Sequence record: MK250029.1
DNA length: 64,000 nt
Strand: one strand, 5' to 3'
The notes under the pieces were generated by a model, which ran no database searches, was not told where the DNA came from, and saw only the letters and a list, made by a program, of their open reading frames with translations. The position numbers and the translations under genes were made by a program. Shown in pieces: positions 43,032 through 56,151 of the stretch. The first letter of the stretch is position 1. Each line of letters begins with the position of its first letter.

Positions 43032-43322
43032 TTAATCAAAAAAACTTTTAATTTTCTCAATTAATGTACGTTTCTTTTTGAAATATACATATGATGAAAA
43101 ACTGGTATAAAACTTCCAACCTATTTTTTCATATTGTAGAACAAAATCTAAAAATTCAGCTCTTGTACATCCACTTATATTACATAATTTAAAAATGTCT
43201 ACTACAAGAAACTCACGTTTATTTCTTTTTATTAAACGAACAACACCATTTGGAAAATTTGTAAAATTATTAGTCTTGATTTCCTCAAGCTGTTGCGATG
43301 TCATTTTTAATTGTGTTGCCAT
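43032..43322 (-). CDS. Hypothetical protein
   Basis: 96-aa ORF. Confidence 0.5.
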   Translation of the reverse strand: MATQLKMTSQQLEEIKTNNFTNFPNGVVRLIKRNKREFLVVDIFKLCNISGCTRAEFLDFVLQYEKIGWKFYTSFSSYVYFKKKRTLIEKIKSFFD

Positions 43323-43755
43323 ATTTCTTACTATTTAAATCAAGACCTAATTGTCTACGAGTTGTTTGAATAATTGCCTTTATAATACATGCAAGATAAC
43401 TAAGCAAATCTGATGAATATAAACGATTTGTATGCGGATTAATTTCCTGATCAATAACATCATAACAATATGTAGTAAAATTATTAAAATCACTATATGT
43501 TGTTACAAAATCAACATTCAAAATCTTTGCACGAAGTTTCAATGAACATGATTTACTATCATTAATAAGATTAAACCAATGTGTCATAAATGAGCCCATA
43601 TCATGAATAAACTTATTCTTCAACATAGGATATTTCTTATCTACTTCTGTAATTATATCAACTAAAACAGGTAATGCTGAACTATCACCATCGATATGTT
43701 TATTAATTGTATTTACAAGCTCATTAAAAGCATTTTCATTATAATTCTTTACCAT
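43285..43755 (-). CDS. Hypothetical protein
   Basis: 156-aa ORF. Confidence 0.55.
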   Translation of the reverse strand: MVKNYNENAFNELVNTINKHIDGDSSALPVLVDIITEVDKKYPMLKNKFIHDMGSFMTHWFNLINDSKSCSLKLRAKILNVDFVTTYSDFNNFTTYCYDVIDQEINPHTNRLYSSDLLSYLACIIKAIIQTTRRQLGLDLNSKKYGNTIKNDIATA

Positions 43756-43905
43756 AAAATCAATTTTTAAATCAAATTTATATTATATACTCTATATAAA
43801 CTATTTTGTTTATAATAAAAATATTAATAATTACTAAACAAAATAATAGGGAGATTAAAATATAGTTAATTTCAATCTCCCATTATTTAACAATTTAAAA
43901 ATATA

Positions 43906-44436
43906 TTATGAACACATCGATTCTTTGAGCTTCATCAATGCAGGATTATCTGACATAACACATGAAGTTGAATTAACAGGTGTTTCTACACGTTTTGAGA
44001 ATTTATCCTTATTCATCTCATTACGTTGCTTCTTATAATAATCACGAGAATGTGATTTCTTATCAGAACCAAACATATTATTAATTGCATTAATACGATT
44101 TTTAACCAATTTCATTGCATCAAGTCCTGTACAATTCAACAACTTCTGAATTTTTTCAATAGTTTCTGAAAGAACTGCTGCATAACTCAACTGCTTAATA
44201 TCTGGAACAGAATTTTGCATAATGAAATATGCAGTTGTTGCTGTATCAATAAGTTCATCAAGCTGAGTCATTTGTTCAACCATTTTATCATTCATTACTG
44301 CATAAACATTATCTACAATATTATATCCAGCATTAAATTCATCCCATGAAAACTTTACGGATGTACCATTTTCCTTAATAGTAATACCATCCTTTTCCTT
44401 CTTTACAATACGAAGTTTCTTATTTTTAAAATCCAT
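43906..44436 (-). CDS. Hypothetical protein
   Basis: 176-aa ORF, codon-biased. Confidence 0.6.
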   Translation of the reverse strand: MDFKNKKLRIVKKEKDGITIKENGTSVKFSWDEFNAGYNIVDNVYAVMNDKMVEQMTQLDELIDTATTAYFIMQNSVPDIKQLSYAAVLSETIEKIQKLLNCTGLDAMKLVKNRINAINNMFGSDKKSHSRDYYKKQRNEMNKDKFSKRVETPVNSTSCVMSDNPALMKLKESMCS

Positions 44437-44456
44437 AGTTAAATATTTTTAAATGA

Positions 44457-44771
44457 TTAGTAAATAATTCTACATGCCTGAAATAACATACTCCAAGTTA
44501 TTTTCATTGCATTTTCGAAAGTTAGATGCATATAAGACGGACATACTTGCTTAACAGTATTTAAAAACCAAATTTTGAAATTGATTTCATCTTTATCATT
44601 ATTATATGAATATGATTTTTTCAATACATTATTATTTGTACCAAGTGGGAGAATAAACTGTGTACTCATCACCTTTCGTACATCTGAAACTGACATACTA
44701 TCAATAAACTCAGATACAGCACGAAGACGAACTGTAAAATTATGCACTGCGTTTGAACTAATCTCTTTCAT
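44457..44771 (-). CDS. Hypothetical protein
   Basis: Probable ATG at ~44771, downstream of the TAnnTTTG promoter at 44813. Confidence 0.5.
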   Translation of the reverse strand: MKEISSNAVHNFTVRLRAVSEFIDSMSVSDVRKVMSTQFILPLGTNNNVLKKSYSYNNDKDEINFKIWFLNTVKQVCPSYMHLTFENAMKITWSMLFQACRIIY

Positions 44772-45049
44772 ATTTCTATTTTTAATTAATATTATTTGTT
44801 TCATTAACAATACAAAGATACACATAAGTTTTGAAATAAAAAAATAAATATAAAAAAAGAACTTAAATAAAATGGAAAATAATAATTATACACAACGTTT
44901 TTGTAAAAATTGTATTCACTATAATCCAAATGAAAATTGGAATGAATGTAAATCTGGTTTTTTTGGACATACATATGCAAATGATCATGGATGTTGGTGT
45001 TGGAAACTTAAAGATATAGAAAAATAAAAATTAAATACGTTATTATATT

Positions 45050-45505
45050 ATGAAACTAAGTAAAAACTTTTCGTTAGAAGAACTCATAAAATCAGATACA
45101 GCAAATGAATGTGGAATTAAAAATTCACCAAATTCATTAGAATTGAAAAACTTAACAAATCTTACTACTAAAATATTACAACCGATAAGAGATGCATTTG
45201 GTAAACCTATTATAATTAGTTCTGGATTTAGATGCATTCAATTAAATAAGAAAGTAGGAGGTGCAAGTAATTCAGATCATTTATTTGGAGCTGCAGCTGA
45301 TATACATACATCTTCAAATACATATGAAGATAATAAAAAACTTTATGATACTATTATATCTTTAAAAAATAAAGGTAAAATATCATGTAGGCAAATAATA
45401 TGGGAATATGGAAAGAAGAATATAGGTCCTAAATGGATTCATATAAGTGTAAACCATACAAAAAATTCATATAAGAAAAATCAATTAGTTTATGTAGGTA
45501 TATAA
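45050..45505 (+). CDS. Peptidase M15 family endolysin-like protein
   Basis: LSKNFSLEEL..S.TA; SSGFRC..LN..VGGASNSDHLFGAAADI; WIHIS. Confidence 0.88.
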   Translation: MKLSKNFSLEELIKSDTANECGIKNSPNSLELKNLTNLTTKILQPIRDAFGKPIIISSGFRCIQLNKKVGGASNSDHLFGAAADIHTSSNTYEDNKKLYDTIISLKNKGKISCRQIIWEYGKKNIGPKWIHISVNHTKNSYKKNQLVYVGI

Positions 45506-45546
45506 ACTATTAAAGGTTAGAGAAGTAATATCTCTAACCTTTAATA

Positions 45547-46980
45547 TTATTGTATAAAATTATCATAATTATTATTATAATATAATATAGCTGAAATTAA
45601 ACTCCATAATATATTTTGAATTTCTTTCATATCTATACGTAAATCACCGTCATCTAACATATTATAAGAACCAATAAATGATGCTGGCACTTGATGTTGT
45701 CCGCATGAATATGATGATATATATCCATCTGTTGTTTTACTTTCTGAATTTATATATTCAACATGAATTTTTGGATATGGATCATAATCATAACCAGTAA
45801 TATAAAATTTTTTATTACTATTAAAAAATTTACCTTCATATATAGGTTCATTTAATTCGAATGACATATCATTATTCTTATTACCTAATTTATTCTTATA
45901 TAATAATATTTCCAAACATGTTAAACATTTTTTAATTGTCGGATATTTCCTTATAACCTTTGGCATTATTTTTTCCATCTCATAAGAATCAATTTCTTCA
46001 TTGAAGTCCCTCTTTTTATTACCGAATTTACCTAATGTATTATTAATGACTTTATTTTTAGGTAAAAATGGATTATTATATTGTCTCTATGATGAATAAC
46101 TTAATTTTGCTAATGCAATTTGGCATAATTCATATAATTGTTCATATGTAATAAATGTATTATCATCTAATTCTATCTTATCACCAATAGGCTCATCATT
46201 AATTGTCATATTATTTTCTAAAATACAGAATGTTCCTTCATATACACGTTTTTTCTATGTTTTCACCCATGATATATATATACAATGTTTATCATTGAAA
46301 TATATTTTCTAATCTTCATCAGTTGTTACAGTTCTAAAATATAATTTATATGTAGGTTCTTCTATTTTATAAAATGATTTCTATATAGTATAATATGTTT
46401 TATCTAATATATTATAAATACATTCACACACTTCAGATAAACTATCATAACCGCGTTTTACAAACTTTAATGTATCTTCATATGACTTTATGCCATCAGG
46501 TAATTTCTTCTATACTATTGTTGGTTGTTTAATAACTTTTTTCTATTCAGTATTATCAACTTTTACCTATGTATCCTATTTAACTTCTGTATTTAATTTC
46601 TATTCTACCTACTTTGGTTGAACATTAATGGTATTTGTTACCAATTTACCACCATTATTTATATATTCTTGTTTGATTTCATCTATTGTACATCCTAACT
46701 ATAAAAGACGCTTACCTACTAATTTAAATGTTTTAATATCATCAATATCCTATTCAGATTCCGGACATTGTTTTTTCATTATGAGAAGTGCTGCAACATA
46801 TCTTGGTAATAATTCTTCTTTAGACTATGATGCTCTTGGTTTAACATTTTCTGCTTCTGTCGCCTTATTTCTTGAACATGTAGATGCAATACTTAACCAT
46901 AATTTTTTGTCTATTGTTCTTGAAACTCTTGCTTCATTTATACAATTTAATAATGATTCATATAATGATTTTATTATCAT
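45547..46980 (-). CDS. Hypothetical protein (477 aa, code 15) with LYE leader
   Basis: ATG 46980 reads through many TAG into the listed 45547..45978 ORF; starts MIIKSLYESLLNCINE. Confidence 0.6.
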
Positions 46981-47016
46981 AATTTCTAATTAATAAAATA
47001 ACTTTTATTATTTATT

Positions 47017-47901
47017 TTATGCGTATAAACAATTAAAAAATGTTCCATAAGTATTAAAATATAGAATATCATAATTTAATAGTTCAAATATAAAATCAAA
47101 TCCTGTATTTTGAATAATATAATTTTGTTTTACATCATAATCAAATGATAATAATATTTTATTACATTCTATATCTGCTTTTAATTTTGTAGTTACTGAA
47201 CCATTTGTTACATCATATATGTAATAATATATCTTTTGATTTGTTTCTTCAATTAAATCATAAGTAGTGTGTGATATTAATGTGCAATATAAATTAGATG
47301 TTAATTTTATTAAATAATTTTCAACTATATCAAATATTCCTTTTAATTCCATTAACTTAGTTGCTAATAATTTTGCACTTGGTTCAAAACGCGCATAATC
47401 AGATATTTTCCTTTTATACTCATTAGAAACTACATAAACACAAAACATTAATGTTAAATCATCATTTCTATATGTTTTTTGATTCGATGTAATATTAAAA
47501 AACTCTAATATTCTATTCTGCTCAGGTTCTTTCCATGCATTAGGATAAAAATAACTTTTATCAGTAGATGTATATAATAACCATCCCTTAATCAAATCAG
47601 ATATATTTCTATCTTTTGTATACTTCTCTATATACTTTTTTGATCTTAATAACGAGAGATTATATGAAACCTCATCATAATCAATACGTTTAATAATAAA
47701 AGCATCATATACAAGATTTTTAATTTTATCATGGAAATCCGTTGTTATATCTTCATCTGTTAAATCCAACTTATCTAACAGTTCTGACCATAAATTTATA
47801 TCAATTGGTCTATTCGAAAATGAATAATTAATTACATTCTTCAATTCATCTTCAGTTAACGGCGATGTTAACATATATTTTATTTTTTCTGATTGTCGCA
47901 T
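47017..47901 (-). CDS. Hypothetical protein
   Basis: 294-aa ORF. Confidence 0.6.
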   Translation of the reverse strand: MRQSEKIKYMLTSPLTEDELKNVINYSFSNRPIDINLWSELLDKLDLTDEDITTDFHDKIKNLVYDAFIIKRIDYDEVSYNLSLLRSKKYIEKYTKDRNISDLIKGWLLYTSTDKSYFYPNAWKEPEQNRILEFFNITSNQKTYRNDDLTLMFCVYVVSNEYKRKISDYARFEPSAKLLATKLMELKGIFDIVENYLIKLTSNLYCTLISHTTYDLIEETNQKIYYYIYDVTNGSVTTKLKADIECNKILLSFDYDVKQNYIIQNTGFDFIFELLNYDILYFNTYGTFFNCLYA

Positions 47902-48740
47902 TTTTCTGATAATGTTTTCATTAATTTATATTTTTGATTTCCAAAATCAATAAATGTATTTAATCTATTTACATCAAAATCAAAATTTTGTTTAAACAAT
48001 TTAAAATTTAATCCTTGTTCATTCGGTTGTCTAAGTAAATTACATACATATACACTTATCTTATCATATGAAGATAAACCATATGTTTCTACCAATGCTT
48101 TCTTATAAACATGTAATTGAATTGTATATGTATTCATATCACACTCATCTAACATATATGCAGGTCCTTGTAATTTCTTACCATATCTTGATGATGTTGT
48201 TATATCATCTGTTGTCTTCCAATCTATTATAATATAAGCATCTGTATTCTCATCATAAAATAAACAATCAAAACGTCCATTAATATGACCATCTTTTGGC
48301 GTTTTACAATATAATGGTAATTCTCGCGCTACATACTTATAATTTGTTTTAGTTAATATAAAATTATAGAAATCATCAAATCCTTTACAGATTGATTTTA
48401 ATCTATCATCATAATCATAACCGTTATCTAACTTCCATAATTCTAATTTTTCTGTTTCTTTATTAAGATTCATACCGGCATAATCATCCAATAAAGAACC
48501 ATATCTTTTTGACTCTGACGATTTTGCGTGCCATTGTTCAAGGATCTGATTTGCAGTCATACCTGCATATTTATAATTAGGATCATTCAAACCTTTCTTT
48601 GAACATACTTCTGCTTGAGCTACATCATCAAACTTTACTTTAATATAATCATTACATAATTTTGAAACAGATACACAACCTTTATATTCTGTCTTTATCT
48701 AATTATTAATATTTTCAATTAATTCTTTAATATTCTTCAT
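47880..48740 (-). CDS. PD-(D/E)XK exonuclease (RecB/Cas4-like, 286 aa, code 15)
   Basis: ATG 48740 with one TAG; YGSLLD, INGRFDCLF, IIIDWKT, IQLHVYKKAL. Confidence 0.8.
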
Positions 48741-48861
48741 ATTAATTTTATATATAATTTATCATTAATTTATAGTAAAAATAATATATAAAGTTTATAT
48801 AAAAATTAAGGGAAATAACACTTACAAAAATGTTATTTCCCTTAATTTAATCATTATATTA

Positions 48862-49704
48862 TTATTTAAAATGTATTAATGCAATAGATAATAATCTTGT
48901 ATTTTTTGTAGTTGATTTAAATGATATATTAGAAAGATCTGCACAATATATATACTTAACATACTCCGAAGTACTTGCATACTATGATGATGTACTATAT
49001 AATTTTGTACTCTATATATTAAATAATTTTCCAAGATTCTTACTAAATGTATGTGCAGAAATACCGCCTGTCTATTCTGGATTATGTTGTTTATCACATA
49101 AATCTTCTAATATTCTTAATATTTCAAATTTAGAAGGTATATACAAATAATAATCATCTGTACTTTCATTTAATAACTTCTACCATATAGTTTGATTTTT
49201 ACCTACTGATAATTCATTTGTATGCTTTGTAAACATATGTTCTGTACCATCCCATCCATTACCATATATATTTTCTGCATGATATGTATTAAATAAATTA
49301 GTATTTAAAAACGCCCAACTATATTCATTTTTAAGTCCTGACCAATATGGTGATGCCCATAATCCTTTACCTACGCAAATACCTAAAACTTCTCCATACT
49401 AATCAGATATATCTGTTATAACATCTGATTTCGGATCCCAGTAATTCTATTCATTTTCATTTGTATTCCATATTGTATACATACCTTTATCATTTTTACT
49501 CATAATTGCACCAATTATACAAAAATATTGATATATCTATTTTATCTCATCCCTATTATAAGTCATAGGTTTCTTCTATTCTGTTATAATACCAATAGAT
49601 GATAATGTATCTAATACAGTTACTTCTTCCCCTGTATAATAAATTACTGAATTTTTATGAATAACTTTCCCTTCTAAACCATCAAGTTTTTGCAAATATT
49701 TCAT
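48862..49704 (-). CDS. Hypothetical protein, possibly CLec/DUF1566-related (280 aa, code 15)
   Basis: ATG 49704 to TAA 48862 with ~8 TAG; YYLYIPSKFEI...LYSTSSQY. Fold guess is weak. Confidence 0.5.
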
Positions 49705-49735
49705 TATAACATAATAATTACATTTAATATATTTA

Positions 49736-51403
49736 TTAAATATTCAAATATGTATCTATTACCTATTTGATAACATCTATCTTATTACTCCATATCGGTA
49801 AATAATTCNNNNNNNNNNNNNNNNNNNNNNNAAATTTTAATGGATCAACTACAGTCCATACATTTATAGCTGCTTCATATTGCTTTGATGTTTCTGCATT
49901 CTATTTCCAAATATTTAATAACTATATATCATCTTCATTATTTTCGTTAAAAAGATGCTTACCATGCGTCCAATATGCATTTATTTCTATAAATAAATCT
50001 AATGAATGTATATAGAAATCTACATGAAACGGATAACGTTCATCTACATTTACATTAAACTAAATATCATCTTTATTAAATAATGTCAATAAATATTCAT
50101 ATGTTTGATATTCTGATTTTGTCATTCCATTATTTTTATTTTTCTATAAACTCTATGTAATTTTATCATATGTTACTTGATAATAGTTTTTAACAGAACC
50201 ATATTTCTCTATATATGTTTGCTCTTTTTTCTTTAAAACTTTATTCCAATTTTCATTTGCTTCTGGTGTACCTGATAAATATTTTTCATAGTATGAATCT
50301 TTCATTTTCTTTTTTATTTGTTCATTCTACTATGGATATTCACAACCATATCGTTCTATATTTGTTTCTCGTATTTTCTATTTTATTTCGTCAGATTTAC
50401 CAATATTATCAACACCATATTTTTCTAAATTTGTATTTTTAATTTTATTTTTTATCCCATCATTCTATATAGGTGAAGTCACACCATATTTTTCTAAATT
50501 TGTATTTTTAATTTTATTTTTTATCTCATCATTCTATAATACATATTCAGTACCATATTTTTCTAAACATGTTTGCTTACTTTGTTCTTTTATAATATCT
50601 GACTATAAAGCGAATTTAACACCATATTTTTCTAACATTGTTTCATAACATTTTTCTCGTATTTCTTTATTCTATAATGGTGATGCATAACCAAAATTCT
50701 AAATATTTTTTTCTTTTACATAATTCATTATATCTTTATTCTATAATGCATGTTCAACACCATAATGTTTCATCATAGTATCTTTAGATTTTTGCATTTT
50801 TATTTCTTTTAATTTATTTGCTTCTTCTGTTCCACTATAATATTTTTCATTAAATGTATCTCTTATTTTATTACGCACTTTATCAGATTTCTATGCACAT
50901 TCATTTCCATATTTTTCTAAATTAGTCTATCGTATTTTCTATTTAACTGATTCTAATTTAAAACAATTATCTACCCCATATTTTTCTATCATATTATTTT
51001 TAATCTTGTCTCTAAATTCCTTTGATTCTAATGTATTCTTTACACCATAACGTTTTAACATTGTTTCTTTGGCTTTATTATTCCAAAATTTATAGCCTTC
51101 TGGTGATTTCTAACATTTTTTTGAACAATATGTACCATATTTAGAAGTATATGGTATTCTGTTTCCACATATAGGACATTTTGGTATTATTTCTATATGG
51201 TGTTCTATACGATAAACTATTTCTTTTAATGTTGTATTTTCATCTATATCATTAAATCTATTAATTAAATAATCATATACATTTTTGTTTTCTCTATTTA
51301 TGTAATTTTTATTAAAACGTCTAGATACATATTTTCCATTACATTTAAAAAATTTTAAAATATATTCATCTGTTATATTATTCATATATTTAATTATATT
51401 CAT
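49736..51403 (-). CDS. Homing-type endonuclease with KYG repeats and C-terminal PD-(D/E)XK/Vsr-like domain (code 15)
   Basis: CPICG..CSKKC, many NLEKYGV-type repeats, RYPFHVDFYIHSLDLFIEINAYWTH; spans a short N gap. Confidence 0.65.
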
Positions 51404-51508
51404 TTATATATTTATCTGTTTACTCTGTTAAAATAAGGGATTTTCATATTTATTTTTACATAAAAGATAAGAGCTAGATATTTTATATCTAGCTCTTATC
51501 TTTTATTT

Positions 51509-52801
51509 TTATTTTATTGTTGCATCTGCAATAGGATCATTTTCATCATTCTCATCATTAGTTGTACCTAATGAATTTTCAATATCTTTAATATCATCAA
51601 ATGAATTTTGATCTGGTAATTGAAATGCCGGTTTTATAACATTTTCATCTAGCTCTTTTAAAAATTCTGGTGTAAATACAGTATCTGAAAAGAATTCGAT
51701 AAAATTAACTTGTCTACCTAAGTGGCGGCATACAATTCCACGAGCTGTATCCTTTTCTTGACAATACAGTGTTTGACCATCATAACTAAAAACATGTATT
51801 TTTTCTTTTTCAGAATCACTTAATTTATTATAATCTCTTTCTGATATTAGACTACCTCTACATACACCTGAATTATCCCATGTCATATATTGCTCTATAC
51901 CTACATAAGGTGACGGTTTTTTAAAAAATGGAATCTAAAAAGTTACTGGGCGAGTAATAACAAAACGACTTTTCTGAGGCTTTGCTGTTACTAAGATACC
52001 ATTTTTTGTAACTTTACCTGCTTGCTTTGCAGCTTTTTCATCATTTTCTTTATCTACTAATTTAGACTTAAATAATTCAATAGTCAAACTGGAATTATAA
52101 ATGATACCACTACCACCGCTAACGACATTACCAGGACTAAACATATTCATACTTGCATATACATGAGAAACAACTACCCATGGAATCTGTAATCTTGCAA
52201 TAGGTGTAGCATTTACTCTAAACATCGCTTTAATTTCCTGTTGTTTTGTCATATCACGTTTTTGATTTCCTGATAATGTATCATCGCGTTCCTTCTCAGA
52301 AGTTAAGTTTCCTAATGAATCAAGAACTATAATTATCTTATCATGTTGACCATATTTTTCATCTTGTTCTTGTAATTTTTTACAAAGATTCGCAATAAAT
52401 CTTGATGTCTCTGTAATTGTATTAACCTGTTTAATAATAAATTTTGTCGGATCAGCACCGAGACGTCTTACAAATTCACTATCATATGCACCTTCTGAAT
52501 CTAACACAATTGGAGTATACCCCATTTTCTATGCTTCTCTACATATAGAAACAGCTAAATAACTTTTTGCACAACCACTTTCTCCTACTAATGTTGTTAC
52601 ACGTCCAGTTGGCACACCAGAAAATAATGAACCACCCATACATGCATTAAGCATTAAATTTCCTGTAGGAATCCATTCTTTAATATTAGAATATGCAGAA
52701 TCTGCAATAATTTCTGCTTCACTATCTATACTACTTACCATTGACATTATTGAACCAATACCACCATCAAAATCTTCACTTGACTACTTTTTCTTTGCCA
52801 T
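51509..52801 (-). CDS. uvsX: UvsX/RecA-family recombinase (430 aa, code 15)
   Basis: Three listed ORFs are in one frame joined by 3 TAG. WIPTG..LN..GG..SGVP.GRVTTLVGESGCAKS, LDSEGA, IVLDSLGNL, GGSGIIYNSS. Confidence 0.88.
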
Positions 52802-52926
52802 AATATTAAATTACGTTAATTTTATATTTTATATATATTATATTCATATTTTTATAATTTGTTTAGAAAATAATAGCATCTAAAATACTAAATCTTAGAT
52901 GCTATTAATATATGTTAAATTAAAAA

Positions 52927-53960
52927 TTACATAATTCCTGTAAGAACGTCATCAAGACTCATATTTGATGCAGGATTAGTTGGAGCTGCTGCAGGAACTC
53001 CACCATTAAGAATTGAATCAAGTTCACCATTTCCAACACCTGGAATATTAGCGGCATTAAAACCACCTGGTGTTGTCTGATTCATTGATGTTGCATCTGC
53101 ACCCATCTCAAGACCTGTAACTGGTGCAGTAGGCATTGATGTCGGCATTACTGGTTGTGCAGGAGCTGCTGGAGATACTGGAGATACCTGTGGCTGCATA
53201 GCTGGTTGCATATATGGATTTGCTGCTGGCATTGCTGCTGCCTGCATTCCTGTTGCTGCTTGCATTGAAGCCTGTGGATTTGTATAAATCTTAATACAAG
53301 AATTTACAAAATTAGTAGTCTCTGATGTCCATGCATGATATTCATATGGTGCAAGTGAAGGACAATTTTCTTTAAGATAATTAAGAACAAGTGGTTTAAC
53401 ATCAGGATTCTGTGCAATAACTTCCTGTGTAATAACTTGCCAATTTTCCTGTCCCTGCGCATTCTTAACCTGAATACGAAGAGCACCATCCTGTGGTTGA
53501 AGATCAATAAACTGAGAATCATCAAAATTATTGAAATTTGATACCAACTTACACTTTACATAGAAAGGACGACCAACAAACATATTAAATGGATTTCTTG
53601 GTGTACCCATTGGTGGATTCATTTCATTATAAATCTTCTCATGGATCTTAATACCATAACGCCAAACAAGAATCTTTCCAACTAGTTGAGGCTCTGCCTT
53701 ACATGAAAGAATCTGAATAAGCGATGCATAACGCTGACGACGTGAAAAATGTTTTGAATTTTCCTTAAGAACCGGATTATCACTATTACGAAGTGCAAAG
53801 AATGTGTCCTGAAGAATATCAGGCTGACCAACTGTAGATGGACAATCAACCTCCATCTGAGCATTTGTCAAAGGATTCTTAAGGAATACTGTATTCTTTG
53901 AAACGATAGATTTGTTAGAAGGATCTTCTGGATTTGGAATAAAGCGAATTACTGCATCAT
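52927..53960 (-). CDS. gp32-like single-stranded DNA-binding protein (5' end in N gap)
   Basis: AVIRFIPNP...CPSTVG...SRRQRYASLIQI...GKILVWRYGIKIHEKI..PFNMFVG; acidic LDDVLTGIM tail; adjacent to uvsX. Confidence 0.72.
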
Positions 53961-54312
53961 NNNNNNNNNNNNNNNNNNNNNNNNNNNNNNNNNNNNNNNN
54001 NNNNNNNNNNNNNNNNNNNNNNNNNNNNNNNNNNNNNNNNNNNNNNNNNNNNNNNNNNNNNNNNNNNNNNNNNNNNNNNNNNNNNNNNNNNNNNNNNNNN
54101 NNNNNNNNNNNNNNNNNNNNNNNNNNNNNNNNNNNNNNNNNNNNNNNNNNNNNNNNNNNNNNNNNNNNNNNNNNNNNNNNNNNNNNNNNNNNNNNNNNNN
54201 NNNNNNNNNNNNNNNNNNNNNNNNNNNNNNNNNNNNNNNNNNNNNNNNNNNNNNNNNNNNNNNATTGTTTATAAAAAATCTAAAATATAAATAAAAAATA
54301 TATTTTTTATTT

Positions 54313-55524
54313 ATGTCAAATCAAGAACTAATAGAATATTTAACTGATAATAGTGGAGAATATAATAAACGTATAAACAGAAAATACTTAGAAATTCATG
54401 ATTTAAACATATTACATATATTATATAATGTATATGATGATCTGTCTAAAGAAACTCCCGTATATGAAATATATTACCGGTTAAAAAATAATTTAAAAAA
54501 ACGACCAGTATGTATTATTTGTGGAAAACCAGTAAAATATACTTCTGGCCATTATGCAAAATTTTGTAGTAAAGAATGTCAATATTCAGATTTAGGTAAA
54601 AAAATAACAAAAGAAATAAAAATAAAATCAAATTTAGAAAAGTATGGAGTTGAACATACGTCTCAATTAAAGGGTGTAACAGATAAACGTACAAAAAGTC
54701 GAGCAGATCACGTTAATAAAATACAATAGCATGTTCGTGAATCATTATATAAAAAATATGGAGCATATGATGTTATGCATATTCCTCATATTTTATAGAA
54801 AATAAAAGATNNNNNNNNNNNNNNNNNNNNNNNNNNNTTTCCTTTACAATAGTTAAAAAAAGAAAATAGTGAAATTTATTAGAAAATTTCGCAAACATGT
54901 ATTAATAAATTTGGTGTAGACTCTCCATTAAAGAATAAAGAAGTTAGAGAAAAAATTAAACAAACCAATATACAGAAATATGGAGTTGATTATCTTTTTA
55001 AAAGTAATATTATAAAAGAAAAAATTAAGCAAACAAATATATAGAAATACGGAGTTGATAATCCATTAAAAAATAAAGAGATATGGAAAAAATCACAAGA
55101 TAATAGACAAATATCTTCAAAATCAAAATTAGAAAATAATTTTTTAAATTATTTAAAATTAAAATATGAATCAGATGATATTATTACATAGTATAAATCT
55201 AAAGAATATCCATATTATTGTGATTTTTATATAAAGTCCATTAACTTATATATAGAAATTCAAGGTCATTGGACTCATAACGATCATCCGTTTGATATTA
55301 ATAATTTAAATGACTAGTTAATAATGAATAAATGGCGTACCAAATCATTATCTGACAAATATTATAAAAATGCTTTAAATACATGGACGATAAAAGACGT
55401 AGAAAAGCGAAATACTGCTATATAGAATAATCTAAATTATTTAGAAATATTTGGAAAAACAGATTTAAATAAGTATATAGATATATTTGAAAACTATATT
55501 AAAAATATGGAGAATAATACATAA
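54313..55524 (+). CDS. Homing-type endonuclease with KYG repeats (code 15)
   Basis: CIICG..FCSKEC, NLEKYGVE repeats, EYPYYCDFYIKSINLYIEIQGHWTH; reads through many TAG to TAA 55524. Confidence 0.7.
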
Positions 55525-55541
55525 TTATTCTCCATATTTTA

Positions 55542-56147
55542 TTAAAATTCAATAATACTATTAAATATATTATGAAGATATTCCTTATATTCTGTTTTAC
55601 CATTATTTACATTAATAAGTTCCTTATTTGTTAATAAAGACATACAAAAAGCCTATTGAAATAAAATACATTCTTTGTTAATAAGTTCTTTATTTGAATT
55701 TGATAATGATAAATTATCTTCATGTTCTAACAAAAATTCTGGATCACCAACTAATACATATAGAAATATGTTTTCTTTACCAAATATTTTAGAAATTTTA
55801 TAATCCATTACAATATTGTCTTCTGTTATTTCTTGATATGTTCTATTTCTATATAATGGACCATAGACATATTCAGAAATCCAGCCTCTATCTAATATGA
55901 TGTAATCATACATATCAGAATTATATAATGTATTAAGTTGTTTTACTAATATATCTGTATAATACATATGTGAATAATGTGGAATATCTTCTTTCTTTAT
56001 TTCCTTCGGTGGTTTTTCAAGATGAATAATATTCACATTCATATTCAACTAATCCTACAAAACCGATGTGATCCGGTTAATTAATGTAGTTTTACCGGTA
56101 TTATCCATACCGTCTATTATAATAAGTTTTGTATCTTTCTATCTCAT
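55542..56147 (-). CDS. Thymidylate/dNMP kinase (201 aa, code 15)
   Basis: LIIIDGMDNTGKTT Walker A, ILDRGWISEYVYGPLYR; 5 TAG. Confidence 0.82.
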
Positions 56148-56151
56148 ATTT

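Noticed and set aside
50405-50530. Direct repeat of ~45 bp suggestive of CRISPR
   Set aside because: Only two copies, in frame within the KYG-repeat coding sequence; no spacers or cas genes.
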